Origin: Podarcis erhardii
Lineage: Eukaryota
Assembly: GCA_964252035.1 (NCBI GenBank)
Contig: CAXUOO010000304.1
Length of the DNA stretch: 64,000 nucleotides
Direction: 5' to 3' (one strand)
Numbering within the stretch: position 1 is the stretch's first letter; every line of letters starts with the position of its first letter. Positions 13,140 through 26,900 of the stretch are shown here, piece by piece. The notes beneath the pieces were generated by a model that did no database searches, was not told the DNA's origin, and worked only from the letters and a program-made list of their open reading frames with translations. Both the position numbers and the translations under genes were made by a program.

Positions 13140-16100
13140 TTGAGAAAACAGCTGTTGCTCATACAGTGGTTGCAGCTGGCATTGAGGACCTAGGATTGCT
13201 ACGAAATTCTCGCTGCAAAGCTGATTTGCTTATAATTCGCACCTACGCGATTTGCGCCCACAACGGATGTAAAAAACATTGAGTATTGTATTTAGCGAGC
13301 GACTGCACTTATATACACGTAAAGCTGCAGCAGAAGCAAGCTTATTTTTGACGGCAGCAAGACTGGTGGCAAGACTGCAGGAGCAACGTGAACAGGTTGT
13401 GAAATAATTATAAAAGGGAGGTGACCTGCTATGTTGATGTCATCTACAACATTTTCAAGCAGAGAGTTATCGGAAAAAACACATTTTTTTAGCTATGTTG
13501 AATGCACATATTCACCAATACAAGTAGCAAATTTTTTTTGACTGCTATTGCAGGCATCACAATGTGCAATTCAGCATCCGCCCTCTCCTAAACTTTAAAA
13601 TAAGAAAAACCGTAGCTGCAGTACCAGCGTGTCAAATAGCAGCAAAACGATCAGCGACACAAATAATTGTCGCGCTACGCTTCTACGCTTGTTATACATT
13701 CTGCTACGCCTTGAAGGCTCTAGCATTGCGCCGGCTTCTGAGACACAACAGCGCATTTTTTGCTGCAAAAGGCCGAAGTGGAGCACTCTTGCTGAACCAA
13801 AAAAGAGTGCTCTTTTCCTGAAGCTTTGATTTTAATCAGGTTAGAAAGCAAACTGTTACACAGCGAAAGCTGAGCTGCATATATGGAGAGCGCAGATTGC
13901 TCACTCTACCAGTTTGCAGCAGACTGATAAGAGGTCAGGCGGTTGTACACGAGAGAACGCCCTTGAAAGAGTTTACCGATGCCATTTACAGCTCATCTAG
14001 TAATAAACTATGTTAAATATTGAACATATGCGTAGATGCACATACATGAACGCATGAATTTTCATTTGACTAAGTATGAGCATGTGAAGTGCAGTGTACA
14101 ATTGTAGGATAAATCTTCCATCAGTATACGTTTGTTTCCTCCCAAACTTGGCGAGGGAAAGTAGGAAAGCAGCTTTTGAGTTATAGTGGACAAATTCTTT
14201 TTGTGCTGTTGGTGCTGCTAGTGCTGCAGCTTCATCGCTTGTCGTCGTTACCGCACGAAAGGCAGCTTTCGGTGCTGTTTTCGCTGCTGATGCAGGTGCT
14301 ATAACGGAAATAGCGAAAAGTTCATCAGAAACAGCGTTGGCAGATCAAGAAAGACGTCTAGCTACAAAATAACTTTAAAAGTGTAGTTCATGCTCTGATC
14401 CATCTGCACGCAACAATATCAATCACAGCAGCAGCTCTGACAACAGATTCAACTTACAGGTTCAGTAGTACTGCAACACAGTCGCAGCACACAAGACCAC
14501 AACGGCGTCAGAATGGCGACCGCAAATGCAGAGCTACGAGCAAATAAGCAACAACAGCAACAGATCAGTTGAAACACAAGGCACAAGCTGAGGAAGCCCT
14601 TTGATGTTTTACAAGCAACATGTATTGCATAGAATTGCTATCACCAGCAGCAGATTACATAAGGAAGTATGTGCAAAGAATCATGTGATTATTACTCCAT
14701 GAGATTACTTGTAACCTGCATCTGTGCTAAAGCTAGAGATATTGATGAAGCAATCTATCTGAAGGGTAAATATAGCTGCACATCCACCAACAGGCTATGG
14801 AAGAGCATTTAGATCCTTAGCTGGACGAAGAGCGGCAACAGCAAGTGTCGAACAAGATAGAGACGTCCCTAAACGTGGAAGGGCCATCGTTTTTGCTCAA
14901 ACAATTGAGTTCCAGCTGCAAACAAGTTAAGGGTCGTTTAATGATACTGTATTGAATCTACCATTTCTGCTAAACGACCAAAAATAGATGCGCAGAAGAA
15001 TACGAAGCACCAGCAAAACCCGCAATATATCTTCAGCAGATTACAATTTGATGAACGTACACCGGAACTGGTTAGCGAATGAAAGCAGCAAACAAGTGTT
15101 TGTAACACCCTGTAACAGCTGCAACACTCCAGACAATACCTAAAGCCGAAAAAGACCTTCTGCAATGCTTCATAGTTTGAAAAGCACTGGCCACTTAGAC
15201 ACACTAACACACACACACACATACACACACTGCAGAAGCAATTTTTTCAATGATTTAATGCGTATCAGCGAAAAAGTATCAGAAGACATGTAAAACGGCA
15301 ACTAGCGCAACACAAAAACAGAACGGTAGGAAAAAGACTGGCCCGCGCAGTAGAATCGATAAACCACAATAGCCATAGCATCGATATAAACAGAATATTC
15401 TGGCTAGCGTTATTAATTTCAAAGCGGAACCGCACCAGTACCTAACAGGATCTAGCATTAGCAGCAGCACCTTGGTAAACAAGAGGAGAGAGCGGCAGGA
15501 CACAGGTGAAACAGCCGTTAGCGCTGCGCAATAAGAAAAAGATCAACAGCAGTACGAAAACCTTTCCCAATACTTCTATAGCATGCATACATATATATAT
15601 ATATATATGTATACAGACAAGCGTAATACCGAATCAGCTGAGCTGACCAAGCTAGCAGTCACGTATGAAGACCACACCCAGCAGTCGCAAATAGACACTG
15701 CCGCTAGAAGCCGAGGAAATTTAACTACTGCTGCAGAAACGGGTACTCTCAAGAGAAAAAGTAACAACACTCCCAGCACATGCTACAAAAGTAGCAGCAG
15801 CATACACAATCTCTCATTCTGCCTTTAGTAGGAGGCAAACAAGTACGCATGCGTCCGTCAGTGCCTGCAACTGCTGCTGTTGCTCACTCCGATGCATCTC
15901 TTGATGCACGGCAAACGCCTGACGCTAGGAGGCGGTGGCAGAAGCGCGCCTGCGAGCGCCTCTTTTCGTCGTTGTGAAACGGCATCATCCACACCAGCGA
16001 CCCCACGAGCAGCAAATTGTGCTGCTTAGGTCCGCAGGTACACACCCGACGCAAGAATTAGAGCACCAGGTACTGAAAAATGAACGACGCACATTGGAGA

Positions 16101-16300
16101 ACTTCTCGGAAGGAATGACACAGTTACGAAGGTCATGAAAGCAGCAGTGGCGACACTGAACAAAATTGAAAACAGCAGTGCCACACTGCAGATGTATATG
16201 TATTACATATATATATATGTATATATATGCTTGAATTTTCAAATGAATAGGTGTATATAAGAAAAACGTATTTAAAACAGCCGCAGCTGGACACTACTCA
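13140..16300. repeat. Ancient paralogous block, copy A (direct-orientation homolog of ~38,050-41,300; its distal part also matches ~21,500-22,350 and ~27,800-28,680)
   Basis: Shared anchors: cagctggcattgag(a)gacctag/aagg (13,174/38,077); atctgcacgcaacaata (14,402/39,390); gcatgcgtcc.tca.tgcctgcaa.tgct.ctg...ggcggtggcagaagcg (15,848/40,788/22,017). Confidence 0.8.
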
Positions 16301-17799
16301 ATAATGCAACACGCGCTGCTGGTCTGGTAGACGTGGCTGCCATCTAACTCTCAAAAACGTCGTTGCTTCATCAGCCTACAGTGCTCATCTTTGCTTCCGC
16401 TGCTCTTGTTAATGTTTGACAAAAAGCTGCTTCATTGTTGGTTGGCTTCAAGTTTATCGCCGTGGGGCGTCCATTTCAGAAGTACTGCGCATTCTGCATC
16501 GTGGTCTGCAGCTGCCGCTTTCTCAAGATAACTTTGTAGTGAATCGGCGTATTGCGAGAAGAATTATCTAATCTGCCACTGCTGCCTCGAGCAGGTGCCC
16601 ATAAATCAAATGCAGCGTCATCTGCTGCTGCTTCTGCTGCTGCTGCACCTGTTCAAAAACCAGAACGTGGCAAATTCGTCTGATAACATCACCATATCCT
16701 ACAATGAATATAAGAAAAGCATGCGCAATAATACATGCTGCTCAAACCTGTTATGTGCAGGCATACTGTCAGGTGATATATGAAAATCCTCTGTACTGTT
16801 AGGAAGCATGAAACAAAGTTCTCACATTGCGACGTTGAGTAAAATATTTACATTCCATTCTTCAACATAGACGGGCCTTTTGCATGTAGAGGTTCAGGTT
16901 CCAAACACAGCTTTTTTCTGTTTTACCTAGATATGTTGATCTCTGACGCGGGGAAGCATTATCACGCGGCAGCCCTGGGCGATACCTGATCTCAACTCTT
17001 CAGCTTTATTTCCTTGTCTGTTAAACCTTTGCCTAGATATTTGTGGTATCATCCATGTTGTTTGTTGTGGCGCTGTTGTGCTTGCGTATTTTAGTTCGGT
17101 GTACGGAATATGGATGCTAAGACACATTTGCTAGGAAACGTTTACCCTTTGAAACTTACCCTCATGTTTATTCGGCGTGGTTGACCAGTATTGATGGGAA
17201 CTCAGCGTTGTAACTTGGCTGGTGCAGGTGTTGTGTTTAGCGGTGAAAATTCTGATGCTGCAGGCTTTGTCGTGGATGTGACTCTGTTGCCGCTGCTCTG
17301 CTTTTAGCGGTGTGCTCACGGATCTATTGTACTTATGTGTAGGAAAGCAAATCAGACGTATTGAAGACTGGTATTGATGATAACATTATGCTTTGCCTTG
17401 AAGCTGCTGCTAAAATCGAGACCACAGCGAGAAATTCAATGTCAGCAGCACTTTAATGGTTGATGCGTCGACTGTGAAGATTTGTGGTTTACTACTCCTA
17501 TATATCTTATACGACGGATGGTTCAGTCAGCATGCCTTTCTCGTAGAAGTTTGCAATCAGTCGTGTTTACATAATGGAATGAAGAGCGAATGGCAGTAAC
17601 CACCTGACTGCACGACTATCTTAGAGACACACGAGTATCGGCTTTGATAGCGACGCAAAATCAAGTGTCACAAGAGTCACGTCGGAGGTGGAAACAAGTA
17701 AAAGACTTGAAACTCTCAAATATACAAATCCTACAGTTTCTATAAGAATTATTGCCGAAAAAGATTGTCACCTGTCGCAAATTTGCCTGCTGTGCAAAC

Positions 17800-20700
17800 T
17801 ATGCATTTGAGCGTTTGATGCGGCATTAAGGTTTCCGCTAGTCGTTCGTGAAGTTCAGAGCTCAACTGTCTCTCGCTGTACTTGAATCAACTGTCTCATT
17901 TCTGTTCCACCTCTTAGTCTGCGGCTTTTCGCGTGTGGGTCCTCAAGCAATATGGCAACCTGCACGATTCGATTTCCGCCGTTTGGAGGATGCAGTTGTT
18001 TTAGATGTGTTACCAGCCTTTCCTGCGCTATGTGGGTTATTTCATATGCCATGGTATATTCCAGTGCTCAGCCGCAAAACCTGCCTTTTGCTTCTACAGA
18101 CGGTGCTGGCCTTGTCTCACCTAGTGAGACACCTTGGCTTGCCGTAGTATTAGGGATTCTAGTGCTGTTTCTGATGCTGTGGAGGGCATTGGAGACAGCT
18201 CCGCGACGTGAAAATAGGCGGAATGACAGATTCGATCCGATACACAGACGTTTTCTGGACTGGAATCTATAGGATTCAGCGGGCCTACGTAGCTCGACTC
18301 ATCGGCTATGAACACTAGATGGCACCAGCGATGCTTCCAGTGACTTGTCTCAAGGAGATGTGACCCCAAAAAGAATCGAAATGTAGTGCCATTTTGCGCT
18401 CAGCGACGGCTTTCAAAAAGTTTATGGGTCCAAATGATGTCTGCGACGACATTCTAGTCTCTGTTGAGTGGATGTTTGTTGTTCAGCTCAAGTATCGAGA
18501 TCAATTACTTTTCATTTCAAGAAAACCTATGCTGCCGAATAAGTTCAAACTCTTTGCTGTGAATGAGCGACTGGTCTTGATTTTAAGACGATTTTGACTT
18601 TCATTGACACCGATTATCAACACTAGTACGTGGTACTGATGTGATAGAGAAGAAGACGCATTTGCGTTGTGATATCTAATTTGAGTAGTAACTGTTTGCT
18701 ATACAGAAGAGTCGCCGAGTTTCAGCACTGCATTTGGGCTAGGTCATTTTTGAGAATTCAGCTATAATCAGATTAGTCCACTTTAATATACTAACGCTTC
18801 CGAGCATCTCGTGCGGGTTTGTTTTGCCATTGAAAACATACACTACGTTTTAGGCGGGGCACATTGACTTTAGCCTACCAAGCGGGCATACGAGAAAAAA
18901 TCAGAAATCGTGAGCTGTTGAACAACAGCAAATACCTAAATGTTGTACCGATGTCAAGTTCATCTAGATAATGAAAGGCAGTCATGCTGACCGATGTATA
19001 CCCGTGTGGTTTACTTTTATACTGATGACGTGGGACCGCCATACTACACAGCTTGATGTGTGTCGGTCTTTTTTTGGACGTTGAAGCGGATTCCTTTGCC
19101 TGCATATAAGATGACTATCTATACATGTTTACATAGGCGAAGAATGTCGTCAACAGCCATAGAGCCCTGGCATAGGAAAGGGTGGTGAGAGACGGTGCAA
19201 GCTCAGCGCGCCCGAGGTTCCGTTCATATGGGAAATCTCTGCGTCAAGTCCACATTCAAACCTCTAAAAGGTCACCTTTTTCATTTTTCGGCATCTTGGC
19301 GTATTAGGGCTGCGATGAAGTCTGACGACACCAACATTCTCGAGTAAAAGAAGTAGATATCTTTTTTAAAGCGCTGAAGGCACCACAAAATGCAGTTGTC
19401 TCTTTTCGCCTCAATCGGAGACCAGAAAAACACTTTCCTTGGCGCGTGTTTGTCAGCGCTTAATACTCAAACCTGATGGACTATATGGAAGATGCAGTAA
19501 AAACTTGTCATATAACGTAACAAGATTCAACGCGGCCGAGAGGAGGTAAAGACGAGACGAGAATGAACGCGGGGACACTATATCACCATTTTGATAGCGC
19601 TGAACGTGCTTCTTATGGTTGTGTATTACTCGAGAACAGTTGCTGTAGATCATGTGTACGACACGGAGTTTCTCATTCAATCGCGTCGCGGCAGCAGAGA
19701 TATACTTTTGGACAGATTGTCCGGTGGCACTCCAGTTCAATTTCGTTAAACTGTCGTATTTAGGTTCATTTTTTTTTACATATTGCTGCTGAACGAAACA
19801 AACAGTCTGACCCTGTTTGCCAACGCCGTATGAGTGTCATAGAAACCAATGCAGTTTTATATCACTTGTTTTTCGCAAACGCTACGTAACCGAAACGGAC
19901 ATAGCGGTTGTTGGCATTATATGCAACGTGATTTGAGACCTTGGAAAAAGGGCGAGATAGCTGAAGAGTCTCTTAGTCTCCCCCAATTGTCGCTGTGGAT
20001 TGCCCCCCATTGCCTGCAAAAGTTACGAAAGAAGTAATTGGAATCCAGAATTCACTGCATGTATTGTATATACTGGTGGAGTTTGAGATGCAGATAGATT
20101 CAATGTATATTAATCTGCACTTGCTAGAGTCCGTTTTTTATCACCAGCGACCTGAACTGGCATTGGCGCTAGAGCTGGAATTGCCGTGTTCGCAGTTGAT
20201 GCTTTATGTACCAAATATATCAGTTCGGCCCAGTGGAAACAATGCTAGTACGAACGCGTGGCTGATATTGGTGCAATCAGTTCTGTTGATACGAAATGAT
20301 GTGCGCCACAGAATCTGTGTTTAGGGACACAGGACGATCGGGAGACTCTTTTCACGTGGTATTTGCGAGCCAAGGCGGGCATCTGCCCTCGTGATACTTT
20401 TTTGATCGGCCGATTTGTACAGTATCGCTAAAAGAGCTCAGGTGTCGACATAGTTTATAGTAGAGTGAAATACGACAAAAAGACACGAAGTCAACCTAAT
20501 AAACTGTACAATTGCTCTCCGGGAATATAGACTAGGATGAGAAGGTAAAGATAAACTATCGGATCGAATCGCAACTGTTACAATGTCCAACGGGAAAAGA
20601 CGCTTGCTTGCGAAAGGCTGTATAGATAATTACCAACACAATCAGACCCACATCTACCTTTCCTTTGCATGATGCATGACGCTTTACATCAATTACCGGA

Positions 20701-21300
20701 GCAGCGCCTACGGTTATCAAGAAATCACGGTGAAGTCTTATGAACGTATCATCGCGTCTACTCAAAAAAACGACAACCTACTGAAGTGCATGAGGTTTAT
20801 CAGGTAGACTTCAATATATCTACAGCAGCCAAGTTTGAGTCAGCTAACATGATGCGATGTCATTTGCATAATTTTTTTTTTTCGGTCAATACCGGTTCCT
20901 TCCCCCTTCAAGACACCATCGTGAAATTGATTTTTCGAAAAAGCTAGTGTAAGTGTATTTCAGGGGGGAAGCTCCAAACTTTTGCTTGATACATGCCTAT
21001 TTGGCTAATTCATCTGCATAAGGTATTCTTCCGGCCCTACTGTAAGCGTGCGTTCAGCCCCGTGCAGCAACGACGGCATAGTCTGATCAATATGGGATCC
21101 AAAAAGCATTTCTGTTGCACTGTTTACATAAGACTCTAGACTGTTTATACCACCAAGGAGGTTGAACTGCTGATACTACGTGGCTACTCTACCACTTCGT
21201 GAAGCTGCAGAATCACAGTTTCTCGTGGACAACCCATTCTAACCTAGCCTTCTGTCAACTAATGCCAAGCGAGTACATACGCTAGCCGATATCGGATCTA
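17800..21300 (-). pseudogene. Decayed member of a multi-copy Eimeria-type hypothetical-protein family (possibly esf-like; name unverified), repeat unit 1
   Basis: About 3.5 kb of protein-like fragments in shifting frames with many stops. Fragments align to paralogs elsewhere in the window: DDTFIRLH...VGLIVLVIIYTAF vs GDEVVRLH...VELNVILVIYTAY; HNHKKHVQRYQNGDIV...LYDKFLL vs KHDHKV*IQRNQSGKIL...LYGKFVL; QVAILLEDP vs QVAASLLFRDP. HPF/HPSLY-type motifs are present. Confidence 0.6.
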
Positions 21301-22311
21301 GAATCCCAAGAGAGGCGGAAATGCGAAGCAGCCAAAATTACTGTCCAAAGCAACATACATTGATAATCACCAGCCACGTGCACACACAGATAACACACAA
21401 ACACATACGCACACGCATACACACACACGCACATTGCTGGCATAGTTGTACTAACGATATGATGAGTACTGGCATCAATGTAGCAGAAGACATACACAGC
21501 AGCAACTAGAACACCAGCAAAACACAACGGTAACGAAATTCTGGCTTCAGCTTCTAAGATACAGTAAAAACTACAGAATTAATTGCACCATTATAGATCG
21601 TTATTCGGTGCCAACGGTACGCATTCCAACAGCAGCCCCGAAGAGAAACAAGCAGCAACAGCAGCATCTCGGCTGACAAGAAAAGAGCAGTACAGGTCTG
21701 TGAGACTGCTGTTAACACTACAAAGTAACGGAAACTTTGAAACACAACCAGATCCAAATATCGCCGTCGCAAACACTTCGCTATAATTCACTCATATATA
21801 TATATATATACTTCAATAAAGACGTGCTTCGAATCGGAACGGCTTCATCGACCAGACTAGCCGTCGCATATGAATACTAGGCATAGCAGTTGCAAACAAA
21901 TTAAACGGATAGCAGCAGCCGAGATTCAACTGCAACTGGAGAAGCGGGTATTCTCACAACACAGAACGACTGCACTACCGAGGGAAGTGCAAGAGCATTT
22001 TGGATGCATACACCACGTCCCTGAGTGCCTGCACCTGCGGCTGCCGGTCCCTCTGTTGCTTGTCTCTTGGTGAAAGGCAAATGCCTGCAGGAAGGCGGCG
22101 GCGGCAGAAGCCAGCCTGGAGCAGCAGCAAGGACACGAGCAAGTAGTTGTGTTGCGATGATGTGGAGGTGGACAAGACACAGAAGGAAGAGCAGAAGTAA
22201 GAACAACGCGTCGCGTCGTCTCGTCGGAAGACATACAACAACAAAGATCGACAAAATCACCTGCAGCATTGACAAGTAATGCAACAAGCTATGCAACGTT
22301 CGCAGACGTTC

Positions 22312-22345
<34 letters not shown>

Positions 22346-22461
22346 GCGTGAAGTTGTCAAGCGAATATGTCTATACGAAGAGTTTTACCTGGAAACAACG
22401 GCAGCAACAGCAACACACAATTTTTTATAATGCAGCAGGTAGTGCTGATCCGATGAACGTT

Positions 22462-22585
22462 GCTGCCATGTGAGTCTTAGAAGCAGACTTGCTGCTGATA
22501 TGATGGTCATTGCTGCCACGTGAGTCTGAGAAGCAGACCCGCTGCTGGTCTGATGGAGGTCTCTGCCATGTGAGGCTTGGAAATG
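22462..22585. repeat. ~50-bp degenerate tandem repeat (2.5 copies); also at ~28,795-28,918
   Basis: ctgcca(t/c)gtgag(t/g)ct(t/g)(a/g)gaa occurs three times. Confidence 0.75.
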
Positions 22586-23999
22586 TTGTAGCCTAATAAG
22601 CCTACAGTGCTCTTCGTTGCTTCCGCTGCACTTGCTAATATGTGACAAAACGCTGCTTCATTGTTTGTGTGCTGCAGTTTTCTCATTCTGGGGCGTCCAT
22701 TTCAGAGGTCCTGCTGCGTTCAGTGCTGCACCTCGCGGCGCCTTCTGCATCGTGCTCTGCAGCTGCCGCGTCGGCGCCTCTCATAATAACTGTGTTATAA
22801 ACCGGCCTAGGGCTAGAGAGTATATCTAATCTGCCACTGCTGCCTCGAGCAGGTGTCCAGAAACTATATGTTGCTGCTGCTGCTGCACCTGTTTGAGAAA
22901 CAGGACGTGGCAAATACGTTCAATAACATCACCTTGTTCTACACTGCACATAAGAAAAGAATGCACAGTAACACATGCTGCTCAAAACTTTTATGCACCC
23001 ATATACTGACAGGTGATATATGAAAAGCCCCTGTACTTCTAGAAGCTCTCACATTGCGACGTTGAGTAAAAGTACTTTACTTTCTTCAACAAAGACGAGC
23101 GTTTTTTCCAAGGCAGCTTTTCTGCTTTAGCTAGATTTGTTGAGCTCTGACGCGGGGAAGCATTACCACGAGGCAGTCCTGTGCGATATCTAATCTCAAC
23201 TCTTCAGCTTTATTTCCTTGTCTGTTAAACCTTTGCCTAGATATTTGTGGTATCATCCATGTTGTTTGTTGTGGCGCTGTTGTGCTAGCGTATTTTAGTT
23301 CGGTGTACGGAATATGGATGCTAAGACACATTTGCTAGGAAACGTTTACCCTTTGAAACTTACCCTCATGTTTATTCGGCGTGGTTGACCCGTATTGATG
23401 GGAACTCAGCGTTGAAACTTGGCTGGTGCAGGTGTTGTGTTTAGCGGTGAAAATTCTGATGCTGCAGGCTTTGTCGTGGATGTGACTCTGTTGCCGCTGC
23501 TCTGCTTTTAGCGGTGTGCTCACGGATCTATTGTACTTATGTGTAGGAAAGCAAATCAGACGTATTGAAGACTGGTATTGATGATAACATTATGCTTTGC
23601 CTTGAAGCTGCTGCTAAAATCGAGACCACAGCGAGAAATTCAATGTCAGCAGCACTTTAATGGCTGATGCGTCGACTGTGAAGATTTGTGGTTTACTACT
23701 CCTATATATCTTATACGACGGATGGTTCAGTCAGCATGCCTTTCTCGTAGAAGTTTGCAATCAGTCGTGTTTACATAATGGAATGAAGAGCGAATGGCAG
23801 TAACCACCTGACTGCACGACTATCTTAGAGACACACGAGTATCGGCTTTGATAGCGACGCAAAATCAAGTGTCACAAGAGTCACGTCGGAGGTGGAAACA
23901 AGTAAAAGACTTGAAACTCTCAAATATACAAATCCTACAGTTTCTATAAGAATTATTGCCGAAAAAGATTGTCACCTGTCGCAAATTTGCCTGCTGTGC

Positions 24000-26900
24000 A
24001 AACTATGCATTTGAGCGTTTGATGCGGCATTAAGGTTTCCGCTAGTCGTTCGTGAAGTTCAGAGCTCAACTGTCTCTCGCTGTACTTGAATCAACTGTCT
24101 CATTTCTGTTCCACCTCTTAGTCTGCGGCTTTTCGCGTGTGGGTCCTCAAGCAATATGGCAACCTGCACGATTCGATTTCCGCCGTTTGGAGGATGCAGT
24201 TGTTTTAGATGTGTTACCAGCCTTTCCTGCGCTATGTGGGTTATTTCATATGCCATGGTATATTCCAGTGCTCAGCCGCAAAACCTGCCTTTTGCTTCTA
24301 CAGACGGTGCTGGCCTTGTCTCACCTAGTGAGACACCTTGGCTTGCCGTAGTATTAGGGATTCTAGTGCTGTTTCTGATGCTGTGGAGGGCATTGGAGAC
24401 AGCTCCGCGACGTGAAAATAGGCGGAATGACAGATTCGATCCGATACACAGACGTTTTCTGGACTGGAATCTATAGGATTCAGCGGGCCTACGTAGCTCG
24501 ACTCATCGGCTATGAACACTAGATGGCACCAGCGATGCTTCCAGTGACTTGTCTCAAGGAGATGTGACCCCAAAAAGAATCGAAATGTAGTGCCATTTTG
24601 CGCTCAGCGACGGCTTTCAAAAAGTTTATGGGTCCAAATGATGTCTGCGACGACAATCTAGTCTCTGTTGAGTGGATGTTTGTTGTTCAGCTCAAGTATC
24701 GAGATCAATTACTTTTCATTTCAAGAAAACCTATGCTGCCGAATAAGTTCAAACTCTGATTTTTTTTTTAGTCTCTGTTGAGTGGATGTTTGTTGTTCAG
24801 CTCAAGTATCGAGATCAATTACTTTTCATTTCAAGAAAACCTATGCTGCCGAATAAGTTCAAACTCTTTGCTGTGAATGAGCGACTGGTCTTGATTTTAA
24901 GACGATTTTGACTTTCATTGACACCGATTATCAACACTAGTACGTGGTACTGATGTGATAGAGAAGAAGACGCATTTGCGTTGTGATATCTAATTTGAGT
25001 AGTAACTGTTTGCTATACAGAAGAGTCGCCGAGTTTCAGCACTGCATTTGGGCTAGGTCATTTTTGAGAATTCAGCTATAATCAGATTAGTCCACTTTAA
25101 TATACTAACGCTTCCGAGCATCTCGTGCGGGTTTGTTTTGCCATTGAAAACATACACTACGTTTTAGGCGGGGCACATTGACTTTAGCCTACCAAGCGGG
25201 CATACGAGAAAAAATCAGAAATCGTGAGCTGTTGAACAACAGCAAATACCTAAATGTTGTACCGATGTCAAGTTCATCTAGATAATGAAAGGCAGTCATG
25301 CTGACCGATGTATACCCGTGTGGTTTACTTTTATACTGATGACGTGGGACCGCCATACTACACAGCTTGATGTGTGTCGGTCTTTTTTTGGACGTTGAAG
25401 CGGATTCCTTTGCCTGCATATAAGATGACTATCTATACATGTTTACATAGGCGAAGAATGTCGTCAACAGCCATAGAGCCCTGGCATAGGAAAGGGTGGT
25501 GAGAGACGGTGCAAGCTCAGCGCGCCCGAGGTTCCGTTCATATGGGAAATCTCTGCGTCAAGTCCACATTCAAACCTCTAAAAGGTCACCTTTTTCATTT
25601 TTCGGCATCTTGGCGTATTAGGGCTGCGATGAAGTCTGACGACACCAACATTCTCGAGTAAAAGAAGTAGATATCTTTTTTAAAGCGCTGAAGGCACCAC
25701 AAAATGCAGTTGTCTCTTTTCGCCTCAATCGGAGACCAGAAAAACACTTTCCTTGGCGCGTGTTTGTCAGCGCTTAATACTCAAACCTGATGGACTATAT
25801 GGAAGATGCAGTAAAAACTTGTCATATAACGTAACAAGATTCAACGCGGCCGAGAGGAGGTAAAGACGAGACGAGAATGAACGCGGGGACACTATATCAC
25901 CATTTTGATAGCGCTGAACGTGCTTCTTATGGTTGTGTATTACTCGAGAACAGTTGCTGTAGATCATGTGTACGACACGGAGTTTCTCATTCAATCGCGT
26001 CGCGGCAGCAGAGATATACTTTTGGACAGATTGTCCGGTGGCACTCCAGTTCAATTTCGTTAAACTGTCGTATTTAGTTCATTTTTTTTTACATATTGCT
26101 GCTGAACGAAACAAACAGTCTGACCCTGTTTGCCAACGCCGTATGAGTGTCATAGAAACCAATGCAGTTTTATATCACTTGTTTTCGCAAACGCTACGTA
26201 ACCGAAACGGACATAGCGGTTGTTGGCATTATATGCAACGTGATTTGAGACCTTGGAAAAAAGGGCGAGATAGCTGAAGAGTCTCTTAGTCTCCCCAATT
26301 GTCGCTGTGGATTGCCCCCCATTGCCTGCAAAAGTTACGAAAGAAGTAATTGGAATCCAGAATTCACTGCATGTATTGTATATACTGGTGGAGTTTGAGA
26401 TGCAGAATAGATTCAATGTATTTTAATCTGCACTTGCTAGAGTCCGTTTTTTATCACCAGCGACCTGAACTGGCATTGGCGCTAGAGCTGGAATTGCCGT
26501 GTTCGCAGTTGATGCTTTATGTACCAAATATATCAGTTCGGCCCAGTGGAAACAATGCTAGTACGAACGCGTGGCTGATATTGGTGCAATCAGTTCTGTT
26601 GATACGAAATGATGTGCGCCACAGAATCTGTGTTTAGGGACACAGGACGATCGGGAGACTCTTTTCACGTGGTATTTGCGAGCCAAGGCGGGCATCTGCC
26701 CCTCGTGATACTTTTTTGATCGGCCGATTTGTACAGCATCGCTAAAAGAGCTCAGGTGTCGACATAGTTTATAGTAGAGTGAAATACGACAAAAAGACAC
26801 GAAGTCAACCTAATAAACTGTACAATTGCTCCCCGGGAATATAGACTAGGATGAGAAGGTAAAGATAAACTATCGGATCGAATCGCAACTGTTACAATGT

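Noticed and set aside
17952-18272. Plus-strand ORF with a hydrophobic C-terminal stretch suggesting a GPI-anchored SAG
   Set aside because: No SAG cysteine pattern or signal peptide; it is antisense to the family pseudogene and recurs only because the DNA is duplicated.
19453-19520. LHLPYSP resembling the mariner/Tc1 PYSPDL motif or an integrase motif
   Set aside because: The paralog at ~32,130-32,170 reads LRPRYIP. I found no DDE, YxDD, LTR or TIR signatures in the array.
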